Shown here piece by piece: positions 11,813-23,236 of a DNA stretch of 64,000 nucleotides (within the stretch, counting starts at the first letter, position 1; each line of letters opens with the position of its first letter). The stretch is taken from contig BAAIJX010000001.1 in assembly GCA_054600435.1 (NCBI GenBank), positions 1 to 64,000 on the forward strand, written 5' to 3'. The notes beneath the pieces are model-generated. The model made no database searches. It saw only the letters and a list, made by a program, of their open reading frames with translations, and was not told the DNA's origin. Position numbers and translations under genes: made by a program. Origin of the DNA: Neophaeotheca triangularis. Lineage: Eukaryota.

Positions 11813-11981
11813 TTCTGAGATTTGTATGGGGAGGGGTGTGGAAGAGTATGTGAATTTAGCATGGCGTTGGAGGCGCCCAGTCCTTGTTTACAACTTTTCA
11901 CTTTTAGACAATGCTACATTCGTGGTGCTCAATCACGCTACCCTCGCTCCCGAAACGGGAGACTGCCGAATTCCACCATTT

Positions 11982-13445
11982 TCACTCCTCGTCCGAACTA
12001 GTGTTCCTTCTCCGCCTGTCAACAACGCTCTTACCCTTGACGCCCGGGTTCCCACCCCTACTTGGCTGCCCGTGTTCTCTCCTGTCGGCCTTACCAGTAT
12101 CATGCCTCGGCGGAGTACTTTCCCTCTGCGATCTGCTTCCTTGCTGCTCCTCCCAGCTTTCGAGCAGCTTCTTGACTTGCGGTCCCCAAATGTCTTCGCT
12201 CTTCTGCAGCTCCTCGTACTCGAGCACGTTGTTACCGACTTCAAAGTCGCCTTGGCGCGTGCGAACGAGACTGGCCATCAGGCCGAGAGAGCCAACGGCT
12301 TGGCCGAGGTCGTGGGCAAGGGAGCGGACGTAGAAGCCTGATGTTACTTCCATTCTTAAGCGGACGGCCGGCGCGGGGCAGGGGGTAGTTTTTGTCATCG
12401 GCTCGCCAGCGCTGACTGGGGCGGTGAAACTTTGAGCGGCGATTGATCCTGGCTCTGCAGATGGCTCGGTGGGCTCGGAAGGTGGATCGATGGCGCTTAC
12501 CTCGGCACCGGGACCTTGAGCAGCGATCGATCCTGGCTCTGGAGACACCTTGCCGCGCTTCGAAGGTGGTTCGGTAGCCACTTCGTCAGCATCGTTGGCC
12601 GGTGCTTGACCATCTTCGCGCTTCCGCTTACTTCCAGCGGTATCCTCTGCCACAGCAGCTCCAACACCCTCCTTGCCAACTCCCTCACCACCCTCCTTAC
12701 CAGCTGCATCCTCAGCACCTAGATGCAAAACCTTGTCCGCAAACTCCTTCTCCTCTTTCAGCGCCTCAGTCTCTGGCCACCTAAAGTCATGACTACCGCC
12801 GTCCATCCACTCCACAAGCTCCAGCTTCTTAACCTCCACCTCCCTCTTCTCAATCTCCTTTGGCAACTCCTTCCCCTCCCTAGCATACTCATACAACCTT
12901 TTCCCATCCATCCTGAGCGCCGAGAAAATCGGCGGCTTCTGCATGATCTTGCCCCTGAACTCTTCCAACGCCTTCTCCACAGCCTCCTTAGTCACATGCT
13001 CATACCCTTTCCTACCCACAATCTTCCCCACCCCGTCATAACTATCCGTAGCCGCTCCAAACAACACCGTGCACTCATAACTCTTACTACACCCCAAAAA
13101 GTCCTGCAAACTCTTGGTACCGTTCCCAATGCCCAAAATTAACACCCCAGTGGCTTCCGGGTCCAGAGTGCCTCCATGGCCAATCTTAACCTCTGCCGGT
13201 CGTCGCTGTCGCCGCGAGCGCTTTTGGTGCTGATTGCGGCTCTCGGCTTGGCGCTTTTGGTTTTCTTGGTCAATCCAGGGTGCAAAAGTGCGGGAGGGGT
13301 TGAAGGTCTTTTGCGCGTCGCGGATGCATTGCGCCGAGCTTATGTGAAGGGGTTTGTTAATTGCTGTGGTAGAGAGTTAGTGAGTTGTTGCCGAGTCTAG
13401 GGAGTGGAACCCTACTATACCGAGGACGCCGTCTAGGATGGCCAT
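11982..13445 (-). CDS. PUS4: tRNA pseudouridine(55) synthase, TruB family; intron 13364-13420
   Basis: Spliced start MAILDGVL|AINKP; KIGHGGTLDPEATGVL, PPIFSALRMDGKRLYEYAREG and SGFYVRSLAHDLG motifs. Confidence 0.93.
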
Positions 13446-13712
13446 GTTTAGTTTAATACTGCGCCACAGGGGTCGATGGGCTGTCATGGGTGGTGGTGGT
13501 AGTGGTAGTGGTCTTGAAGGGTGTAGTGGACCTGCACGTGAAAGTTGAAAGTGGAGTTCGACTTTGCTTGGCACTGAACATCAGCCGCGTTGATTGCTGC
13601 ACGCGCCGATGACACGCGCCGTGATGTGCCATTCGACACTCATCAATCGCTCGCATGTAAATATGACGGTAACGCAGTTGCAAATGCTCAATGAAAAGAC
13701 ATAGCCTACAAA

Positions 13713-15374
13713 ATGGCCAACATACGACCCGAAACCGCCATTCTTAAGCCTCGCGACCCAGCCCTGGACCTAGATACCGACGCATGGCCCGAGTTCATTC
13801 TAAAGGATGCTGAAGTCTACCCTCAAGAGTCGGAGGCCAATGGCGAGAGTATAAGCTTGCTGCTAGCGAGCGAACACAATCCATTAACGTTGACCGGGAG
13901 AGTCGCAGCGCCAACCGCTAAGACGCGCTCACTCTACCTCAACGCTGGGAGTATACCAAAGCAGGGCCAGCGCGTCGTGGTCGAGAGTGTAAAGAGCTTT
14001 GCTTACGGACAATATCCTGATGGCAGCATTGCGCTATGGGCTGCGGGCAAGGCTGGATGGTTTCTGTTAAAGCCGAGCAGAGCGTACAAGCCTCGTTTTA
14101 CTGAAATGACCCAGGCAATTGAGGCGCTGTATTGGCTGGCTGATCACTACAGGGAAGACGGGAATTCTGATCCAGATACGGAGACAGTGTATGCTGAGTT
14201 GGGAAGGTTCGCGTCGGACAACGAGAACTTGACCGATTCTGTTTGGGCGCAGGTTGGTCGGGACATGCTGGTCCCTCACAGAGAGTTCTTGCTAGCGAGC
14301 ATGATTGGGAAGAAAGAGGGCATCGAATGGGCCGAGAAGCAGTTGTTCAGAGAGTGGTGCAAAAGGTTTCCTAACGAGTTGGCCACAGTCAAGGAGAGAG
14401 CTTTCGGTAAGCCTGTCGCAAAGAAGGGGAACAAAGCTTCGCAATCATGGCAAGGCTCTATCGATTCTGCCGGCAGTCTCAAGAGGAAGCGCGGACGACC
14501 ACCAAAAGCTAGCGGTGACGTTGGTGTTGACTCCTCGTCTACCGGTCGGCAGAACCCTGTCGAGTCTGTCGAAAAGCCGAAGAAGGGCATGCCGCCGCCA
14601 CCATCGCGTGGTAGCAGACAACCACAGGGATCAAGAGCCAGTTCTAGACTCTCAGCTACCGCGCAAGGTCCCGAAGGACCGACGACGGAACCGACTCGGA
14701 CGACCACCCCCTCACAAGACGACAGCGAGGACGAGCATGCGCGACACGCGCAAAAGGGAAAATCAGCTCTACGCCTCAAGCCAGCCAAAGCCAGCAAAGG
14801 CACAAGCGGAAAAGGCGGCAAAGCGCCTGTCTCTGACAACCAAGAAGACGGAAGCGACAACGACTCTGACGAACTCGTCCTCAACTCCCCAAGCCTCGCA
14901 AATGCCAAGAAACGCAAGACCTCTGCAAGCCCACCCAACCCTTCTAACCCAGACGACTCCAGCAGTTCCGACGAAGGCATCGACATACCTTCCTCGCCCT
15001 CGTCAAGTGCGCATGCTGCCGATACTGCCCGCTCAGCTTCTGCCACTACACGTCTTCCCAACGACCCTGTCCAAGAAAATACTTATACTTGCCCCTTAGA
15101 CGGGTGCAATCACAAAGTCTACCTAGCATCGGAGCCAGCGTCTCAGAAATTGATCCGCGAGCATTTTGCGCTACATGCTTACGACGACGATAGGCGGGTG
15201 CAGCTTGTGAAGCGGTTGGCGCTGCCGGGAATGGGGAGTGGGTATTTGATGCAGAGGGTCAAGGAGAGGGTTGCGAAGGAGGGGTTTGTAGGAAGCTTTG
15301 AGAATGGTGGGGGCGGGGGGGAGGACGGTGCGAACGGGTTTGGACAGGCGAGAGGAGCGACGGGGAGGTATTGA
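13713..15374 (+). CDS. RFTS (DNMT1-RFD-like) domain protein with AT-hook and C-terminal Zn finger; DIM-7/Raf2-like
   Basis: WPEFILKDAEV...YGQYPDGSIALWAAGKAGWFLLKPSRAY N-terminal domain; KRKRGRPPK AT-hook; CPLDGC...LIREHFALH. Confidence 0.7.
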   Translation: MANIRPETAILKPRDPALDLDTDAWPEFILKDAEVYPQESEANGESISLLLASEHNPLTLTGRVAAPTAKTRSLYLNAGSIPKQGQRVVVESVKSFAYGQYPDGSIALWAAGKAGWFLLKPSRAYKPRFTEMTQAIEALYWLADHYREDGNSDPDTETVYAELGRFASDNENLTDSVWAQVGRDMLVPHREFLLASMIGKKEGIEWAEKQLFREWCKRFPNELATVKERAFGKPVAKKGNKASQSWQGSIDSAGSLKRKRGRPPKASGDVGVDSSSTGRQNPVESVEKPKKGMPPPPSRGSRQPQGSRASSRLSATAQGPEGPTTEPTRTTTPSQDDSEDEHARHAQKGKSALRLKPAKASKGTSGKGGKAPVSDNQEDGSDNDSDELVLNSPSLANAKKRKTSASPPNPSNPDDSSSSDEGIDIPSSPSSSAHAADTARSASATTRLPNDPVQENTYTCPLDGCNHKVYLASEPASQKLIREHFALHAYDDDRRVQLVKRLALPGMGSGYLMQRVKERVAKEGFVGSFENGGGGGEDGANGFGQARGATGRY

Positions 15375-16562
15375 GATACAGCGTTTGAAGTACGCGTGAT
15401 GGTGCTGTTGGTTGCTTTTTGTTTCGAGTTGGCGTTCTGGCAAGCGCTTGGAATGTGAATGACTGGAATGATACCATGGAGTGTTTATAGATTTGCGTAT
15501 TGTTCTATTGCAATTATGCACCATCTGTTCATTTAGTGAAAGTCATTCGAAAGAAACGCACTCCCTCAAGGCCATTCTCTTCAATAGGGGATTAGGGCCA
15601 AGCCAATCTTGATGGATGACTCAGCAGTGCTCCGTGACCGTGCGACTCCTGCTCCCGCTCCCGCAATTCGCGAAAGTACAAGTTGGAGCTGCCTCCTTTG
15701 CCGCTTCCTCTTTCTTTCTTTTCTTCTCCATCCGAGTGCAAGGGCATTATCTGTAGCAGTGAGAATTCGTTCGAGCTCAGATTTTTGCTAGGTAAGTGGA
15801 AATATCGTCTTCACGCCGACAGGACCCCTACTAACTACCTACTCAGTTGAAAACTATTCGACTGACTGCTCCATCTGTAATACTCCCCCCGAGCTTCTTT
15901 CGGCCTGAAAAATATGCTAACGCTTCAACAGGGTCTTCGGATCGGATGGGAATTTTTGGCAACCCTCTCCTAAGCTGTATGGATCAGCGCTTCTTTTCAT
16001 CATTTCACTGAGCTTGCGATGCCGGCCTGGGATTGGAGAAGAGACTTTTGGCTAAAGGGCAGGGAACGTGCGAATGAGAGACAGTGGTGAAGCGAGGTAT
16101 GTTCTTGATTCGGTGAAGATGTTGAATGTGCGTGAAGCTATCAACGTGTACAGCCACGTACGCAAACTCATCGACACCGTCTCTGCTAGGCGCACGAGCG
16201 TCTCCATGCGATTCCCTCTTCACCGGTTAGGCAGCAGACTGCCAAACTCCAGGGCTCTTGGTTAATCATGGAGCTCCAACAAATTTTTGACTCCCTTTCT
16301 CTCTCTTTCAGCTACGCCAACAGGAGGGTGGCAGTCTCAATCATCCCTTTGTTGCCCGCCTTTCACAATCAGTTCAACTTCTATTTCCGGGCGTCCAGGC
16401 TGCTATTGCTTCGAATACCAGTGCAAAGCGACTTTGTCTCATTGTCGAGGAAGATGGACTTGAAAAGCGCAAGAAAATGCTCGTCCAACCTCGAGCTCTT
16501 GTTTTCCTACCATAAATCATTCCAACTACCATTTCCAAGACAAAACCTCAAACTCAACGAAC

Positions 16563-18368
16563 ATGTCCAATCGCCAAGCCCGCAACATCACCTTCCCAAG
16601 CTCAATGGCTGGTGGTGCCCCAGACAATCCAAGCACACCGACCCAGCCAACAACACCCAGGTGGGGGGCAGAGATTGTAGATTTGACTGGGGACGAGCAC
16701 GACCCTACAACGGCCGCCCCGTCACAACAAGGCGCGCCTACGCGGTTCCAGTCCATTCGCGGAAGAGCACCTCACGGTTCATTGAAGAGCGCACGCTTCG
16801 AACTCGGCGATTTCGAGCTCACAGACGAAGAGATCCTCAACCTGAGTCCCAGGAAAATAGGATACAAGACCTTGCTTCAACTCTACCGCAGGAATTGCAT
16901 AGACGAAATCGTCAAGAAGATCAACGCGCGTTCGGTTCCCACGAAGAACGTGGAGGTCAATAATACCCAAATGTCATCTCGGATGAAACAGAGCTTCTTG
17001 GGTGAAGCGCAGTATCTCTTGGATCGACGCATCCCTCACGATCCAAAGTATTCAGGCTGGCACCATCAGCTACTTGAGGAAGTGTCAGATGAAAGACAAA
17101 AGCACGGTCTGCCCCGAATTTACATCAAGCCAGTCATCTTGCAGCCAGGAGATCCGATTCCCGACCCTCTGGAGGAGGCCCTAAAGGCCGCGCTGGAGTC
17201 GAATCCCCCACCCCCTTCGCCTTCGCCAACGCCGGCGCCATCAAGTTCAACATCTAGGAAGCGCCCGGCTATCGAGCCCCCACCGGCTAGCTCGCCTGTC
17301 GTGGAAAAGAGGCAACGCTTCCTAAGCACCTCATCGATTACGCCCTCTACGCCATCAGTAGCATCGCCACAACTACCATTGGGTCCAAATTCTCCCTCGG
17401 TCGAATACCATAGGCAAACCGCAACACCTTGGAGCCCTAGCACGCCTTCGACACGGATGGGGAAAATGGGACTCAACCCCGACGCTGCCCCCTTCGAGGG
17501 TCAAAAGGCTTCGACGCAGGCAAGAGGAAAGTCGCTCGTACGTGATGCGAACCCTTTCAACGACAACGCTTCAGCAGCGCCCCCAATCACTGGGCAGCGA
17601 GGCACACCCGTCCCAATACGAACGCGCAGTAATCTCTCCACAGCGCCGCCAATCTCAGGCGAGCAACGCGCACCCTTTCCTTCAGGCTCTTGGGACCCTT
17701 CTTGGAACGCTCCTCCAATACAGGGCCGACCGCATTGGATTCGCCCATTCGGGACACCAAGACCACTCACCAACTTCCCAGAACAGCCCGAACCCTCAGC
17801 CCCCCAAGGAGAAACTGCCGCCAACCAACCGCATTGGACTCACCGATTCGGGACACCAAGACCACTCACCAATTTCCCAGCACAGCCCGAACCCTCAGCC
17901 CCCCAAGGAGAAACTGCCGCCAACCAACCTCAATTCTTCCGCGAAGTCGAACCCAAAAGCCACGACGACAGCCTCCCCCAACAAATCCCCAAAGCCAAAC
18001 ACCCCTTTTCCAAAAAAGCCCGTCTCTGCCTTGCCTCCTCGCCCGGGCAAACCGCGCAACCTCACTACACCAGCACCCGCCTCTGCCGCGCTGACACCGC
18101 CGCCGCAAACCCCGCAAACCCCGCATTACCGCACCCACCCCGCTTCACCAAAAGCCGCATCATCTACGCCGCGCCCTACGAGGAACTCGACCGCAAAGCC
18201 GCCATCGAGGCGAAAATCCAGCGCGCTAAGACGCACGGCACGCAAGAGCAATTGCAGCTAGTCTTGCAGAACACCATCAACGAGGCTTTTAACGAGCACC
18301 TGCCACCGCACTTGGAGCAGTACAGACGGCGAATTTGGACAGCCGAGGACTTCTTCGGCGAGGACTGA
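16563..18368 (+). CDS. Hypothetical Pro/Ser-rich protein with an internal 33-aa duplication
   Basis: 601-aa uninterrupted ORF; no family recognised. Confidence 0.7.
   Translation: MSNRQARNITFPSSMAGGAPDNPSTPTQPTTPRWGAEIVDLTGDEHDPTTAAPSQQGAPTRFQSIRGRAPHGSLKSARFELGDFELTDEEILNLSPRKIGYKTLLQLYRRNCIDEIVKKINARSVPTKNVEVNNTQMSSRMKQSFLGEAQYLLDRRIPHDPKYSGWHHQLLEEVSDERQKHGLPRIYIKPVILQPGDPIPDPLEEALKAALESNPPPPSPSPTPAPSSSTSRKRPAIEPPPASSPVVEKRQRFLSTSSITPSTPSVASPQLPLGPNSPSVEYHRQTATPWSPSTPSTRMGKMGLNPDAAPFEGQKASTQARGKSLVRDANPFNDNASAAPPITGQRGTPVPIRTRSNLSTAPPISGEQRAPFPSGSWDPSWNAPPIQGRPHWIRPFGTPRPLTNFPEQPEPSAPQGETAANQPHWTHRFGTPRPLTNFPAQPEPSAPQGETAANQPQFFREVEPKSHDDSLPQQIPKAKHPFSKKARLCLASSPGQTAQPHYTSTRLCRADTAAANPANPALPHPPRFTKSRIIYAAPYEELDRKAAIEAKIQRAKTHGTQEQLQLVLQNTINEAFNEHLPPHLEQYRRRIWTAEDFFGED
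17730..17929 (+). repeat. 99-bp tandem duplication inside the CDS
   Basis: CCGCATTGGA...GGAGAAACTGCCGCCAACCAA starts at 17730 and 17829; the two copies are near-identical. Confidence 0.95.
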
Positions 18369-19564
18369 GGTAGCATGGTACAGGCCCGGGGTTTGAGATC
18401 TTAGGCAGGCAGGCAGGCAGTCCTGCGCATCGACGTATATACATCTTCCCTCTCCCGTATCAACCAATGTCACTAAAACCCTCAGACTCCCCTTCATCCA
18501 TCCCAGAAAGCTTAATCCCGCGCTCCGGCGGCACGTATACAGTCACGACGCGCCCGCAGCGCCACCCACGCGAAACCCATCGAACGCACCGCATGCGTCT
18601 CTCACTCGCTCGCGCACAAAGCCACCCAGCACTGCCATCAGCGCCCGCAGACGCGGAAACCGCACAATGGCCGCTTACCAAGTCACAACCAGAGTCCTGT
18701 ACGTACCTACCTCGTGGCGATGGCGAGTACCCGTCGCCCCGGGCGCGGGAACGCGACGGGAATCTGGCCCTCGGCCTTGTGTGTCGTGTCGTCCGCAAGT
18801 TGTACGTTTGAGGGCGGGGACTGTGGGCAAGGCAAGGCGGGTAAAGGGAAGGCGAGGTAAGGCAAAAACCCGCACACGCGAGAATCTCATGGGGCTGCGA
18901 AGGGCGCTTGTGACTCGCAAGGCTGTGGTGTCGCTAGAGGGAGTGGTTTGACCGCGAGAGTTGACCGCGAGAGTCGGCCGCCAGAGTCGGCCAGTTACCT
19001 TGTGATTGAGATTGAGCGCGAGCTATGAGCCGGCGGGGATTGGTTAATGAGGTGGTGGAAGTGTGAAGTGCGAAGTGTGAAGTGAGGTGAATGTCACCGG
19101 AAGCCGCCGCTTCTGCACGACCTACGGTACCCGATTTATCAGAGGGACGAACTCACGTCATCGGGAAGCGAACCTTAGCGGAGCAAAACACAAAAAGTTC
19201 AAGGCCGGGAGTAAGTTGACTTGGGTCACTCTGACTTGACGTTACTGCAGGCGGCATGTGACTGTTTTGGTTCGAAAAGCAAGGCGAGGTGAGTTTTTGT
19301 GGTAGCGCGGCTGGGGCCTTGTTGGGGGATAAGGCTTCCGGGTTACCCAGGTATATTAGAGGAGCTATATGTATATATCTCGTCTCTTCCGCGGTTAGTA
19401 GTGCTATATACGTAAGTGTAATTGAGCCTCTCGACGCACTTTTTCTTCCCATCACACCAACCATCCAAGCCGTCCCCGGCATCTCAACCAGCAATCCAAG
19501 TCGCTCGCGCCCGCAACCAAACAACCTAACCCCATCACCCGCACCAAGCCTACCCACCGAAACC

Positions 19565-20150
19565 ATGGCCCTAGCAAGTCCCCCTCCCCTACATCCCGTC
19601 CACCAAACTCCACTAACACCCCCTCCACCAGGGCGGCTGCATCCTAGCCCTGATAGCAATCCTCCTCCCCCCAGTGCCGGTCCTCATCCGCAGAGGCGTC
19701 AGCGGCTCCCTCGTCCTCAACATCCTGCTGACCATCCTCGGCTGGCTGCCGGGAGTCGTACATTCCTGGCTCGTCATCATCGCGTCGCCTTCGCTGCGGA
19801 AACAGCACCGCGAGCACAAGGCTTACGATCGGGGGTTTGAGCGGGGCGGTCGAGAGGAGGAGGAGGAGGAGCTGCCTGTCGTGTATCACGGGCGGAGGGA
19901 GCGGTCGAGGCGGCCGCGGAGTCGGAGTCGGAGTCGGAGGAGTGCTGGCGGGAGGAGTGCGAGTGTTAGGCCTGTGAGTCGGGGGTCCAGGGCTGTTAGT
20001 GGTGGGCGGAGGAGGAGGAGTGGGGAGAGGGTTTGGAAGGAGGAGTATGTGAGGCCTGTGAGCCCGAGGAGGATCGAGCCGCCTAGACCGCCTGAGCCGC
20101 CGTTTTATTATCGGGAGCCGGCGTATGCGGCGCGGTATAGTCGGCGTTGA
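19565..20150 (+). CDS. PMP3/RCI2-family proteolipid with Arg/Ser-rich tail; GC-AG intron 19574-19631
   Basis: Spliced MAL|GGCILALIAILLPPVPVLIRRGVSGSLVLNILLTILGWLPGVVHSWLVI matches the Pmp3 pattern. Confidence 0.85.
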
Positions 20151-20913
20151 GGTAGGGGGAGTGGTTTGGGTTTTGTATGACTTGATGAAGATATGAGGCG
20201 TTTGGCGGATGGTGTGAGATGAGTAGTAGTCCAGAAGGACGTTTTATTTCACGGGTGATTTGTTTGATTGCGTCGCTTGGAGAAATGGGCGTTGATTAGG
20301 CACGGAAGAGATATCTTTTGTGATTCTGCAGGACTATCGTTTGGATTGCTTACCGGTATTTTTGGTGTAGTATTACCCCCATCCCACGAGGGTGGATGTA
20401 TCGACCCTTGCGACGACGAACGTTCGCTCGCGCTTTTATTGTATCTTTCTTCTTACAAGTCGACACATGACCATGCCAGCGACGATTGTGCCGGTACGCA
20501 TGCGTTCATCCGTCTGTCAGTGTCCGCCCACCCGGGCTTTACTGGTCAAGTCTGCCATGTGAGGGTATAGCAAGAGAGGACAACACGTTACACCTGATTT
20601 GCGTGCGTCTGGGTTAAGCTGCAAGTGGTCTCGATTCGTTTCCACAAAAGTGATTGTGGCTGAGCAAACGCTGGGCGAGGTGCAGGTCCAATAATACCTT
20701 ACCATACCGGAATGAGGTAAGATAGGTAAGGTGAGGTAGGAGGTAGTCTATCCTTCCCGTGCCATTCGAGCAAGCCCCTCATTGCCTCATAAAGCTGCAT
20801 TGTCTCCTTGACATCAACCTTAAGTACACCTACGACCTTTTCTCCTCATCTTTCTCTCAACACACGACATAAACAGAAAACCACATCACACCGTCAAGCA
20901 TCTGCCAAGCAAC

Positions 20914-23236
20914 ATGGGAGTAAGTGACCTCTGACCCTGCACCACCTGGGATCGGCATGCTGTCCCCGTCTTCTCCACGACTTCCAGCTCTCGTCCCTTG
21001 CCCCTCCATCGTCGGCGGGGTCGAGGCCGACGTCATTATTCCATGGCTTAGGCCCGGGGAGTGTTTGAGTCGACAACACCTCCTACCAGACGACGGAACA
21101 CACGACATACATCTGTAGAGGGCGAGAGACTAATAGAAAGCGCAGTTGGCATCGAAACTCGCGGCGGCACAAGGTGCCCAGCAAGCCGTGGCAAACTATG
21201 CGCAGCAGTCGGGCCAAAGCCAGCAACACCAAGGTGGCTATGTAAGTCTATTACGTGGAGCAAGTTTGCTTGCGGAGGCACCTTCTGACGTTGAGAGCAC
21301 AGCCAGGCCAGCAGCCACCTGCACCTTACCAAGCATACCCGGGCGGCCAGCAACAGCAACAGCAACAACCACACGTAAGTTTGCCCTTTCATTCACCTTA
21401 CCTAGGTATTACCACGACACACCTACTCGCCGCTTGCCTTCCTTCTTATTCATCCTCCCTCGACGGCTCAACCACGACATCAACGACACCACTATCCCCA
21501 AGCCGACATGGGTCTCGCTTCGCGACTGAACGCTGGAGGTGCTAGCGCGCCTCCACCTTCTTCACTTCAGCCTGGACAACCACCATACCCTGGCGGATCC
21601 CCCGCGCCAGGAGGCTACGGCCAGCAATCATACGGGCGACCACCACCTCCCCCTCCAGGCCAGTCACAAGGCGCCTACCCAGGCCAAGCCCCGCCCTATG
21701 GACACAGCCCCCAACCTCAGTACCAACAACCCTACGGACAACCACCTCAGCAGCAATACGGCCAGCGGCAGTATGGGAGCCAGCAGGGACCACCAGGCGG
21801 CTACGGCTACGTTCGTTTGCTCACGCTCTCGGCGCAAACTGGCAATGACAATCTCGTGCACAAGCTGACTCCTCAATATTAGGGCGCTCCTCCTCCCGGG
21901 CCTCCACCTCAACAGCAGTATGGCGCTCCTCCAGGTCCTCCACCAGGACAGCAGCAGCAACAGCAGTACGGAGGACCCCCTCCAATGGGAAGCGCTTCGG
22001 GTCCGGGCGATGTCGCAGGCTATCAGCGCGAGCTCGAAAAGGCGATTCAGGAAAAGCAATTACAAGGCTTCTACCCACCTGGCTCCCCTCAGATCCAACA
22101 GATAGCGCAACGCGCAGCTCAACAGGTCGATCACTTATGCCAGGCGTGGCGCATCCCGAAAGAGATTGCGAATGATATTGTCAGGTTGGCTCTATACGAT
22201 GTTGTGCTGTACATTGACGACAGTGGAAGCATGAGCTTCGAGGAGAATGGTGAGCGCATCAAGGATTTGCAGCTCATCCTCTCGCGTGTTGCCTTTGCAG
22301 CTACGCTCTTTGACGACGATGGAATTGAGATTCGCTTCATGAATGGGGATGAAATGTCGGAGAGCCAACTCTCTGGGATCAAGACCGAACAGCAAATCCA
22401 ACAGATCATGTCCAACAAGCGTTACAAGGGGCTCACGCCATTCGGCACAAAGCTTCGAGAGAAGGTGATTGACGGCATCGTGGGTCCACAGCTCAGATCC
22501 GGGCGCATGCGCAAACCAGTCCTCATCATCAGTATTACGGACGGTCAGCCCGCCGGTGAGGCTTCCAACGCCCTCATGGACACGATTCGATATGCTCTGC
22601 AGATGGCACAGAGCCATAGGCAATACGGACAGAATGCGGTTGCCTTCCAATTCGCGCAAGTAGGCAACGACCAGAAAGCGACAGAGTTCCTCGCCAAACT
22701 CGACAACGATCCCGTCGTGGGCGATATGGTGGATTGCACGTCGAGTGAGTTTGCCTTCATCTGACCGCGGCCTATTCCTGTTTCTAATCACTAACCTCCC
22801 CACAGATTACGAAAACGAATCCGCGGAAATGGCTCGCGCCCAGCCACCCGTCGACCTGACCCCCGATCTCTGGATGATGAAGCTCATCCTCGGCGCCATC
22901 GACCCAAGTTACGACTCCAAAGACGAAAAAGGCGGCATGACCGGCAGCGGCCCTCCGCCAGGTGGCTACGGAGGCCCTCCCCCTCAGCAACAGCAGTACG
23001 GCGGCCAACCGCAGTACGGACAGCAGCAGGGTGGGTACGGACAGCAGCCTCAATACGGCCAGCAGCAGCCGCCGTATCCGCAACAGGGTGGGTATGGTGG
23101 ACCTCCGCCCCCACAGCAGGGCCAAGGGCAGGGTCAGGGCTATCGCCCCCCTCCTGGTCCGCCTCCTGGATCACAGGGATATGGTGGCCAGCAGCAGCAA
23201 CAGGGGTATGGCGCGCCTCCTCCTCCGCGTTACTAG
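20914..23236 (+). CDS. Gln/Gly/Pro/Tyr-rich vWA-domain protein (RfeF-like). Form A exons 20914-20919, 21146-21241, 21303-21374; form B first exon 21508-21810; shared exons 21883-22744, 22806-23236
   Basis: MIDAS motif YIDDSGSM, GLTP, ITDGQP and QFAQVGND. All junctions have GT..CTRAY..AG signals with consistent phase. Confidence 0.85.

Noticed and set aside
18460..19000. ORFs at 18467-18811 and 18667-18951, and 13-bp repeats TTGACCGCGAGAG
   Set aside because: No family features; the short repeat is real but lacks spacers or any supportable function and is not CRISPR-like.
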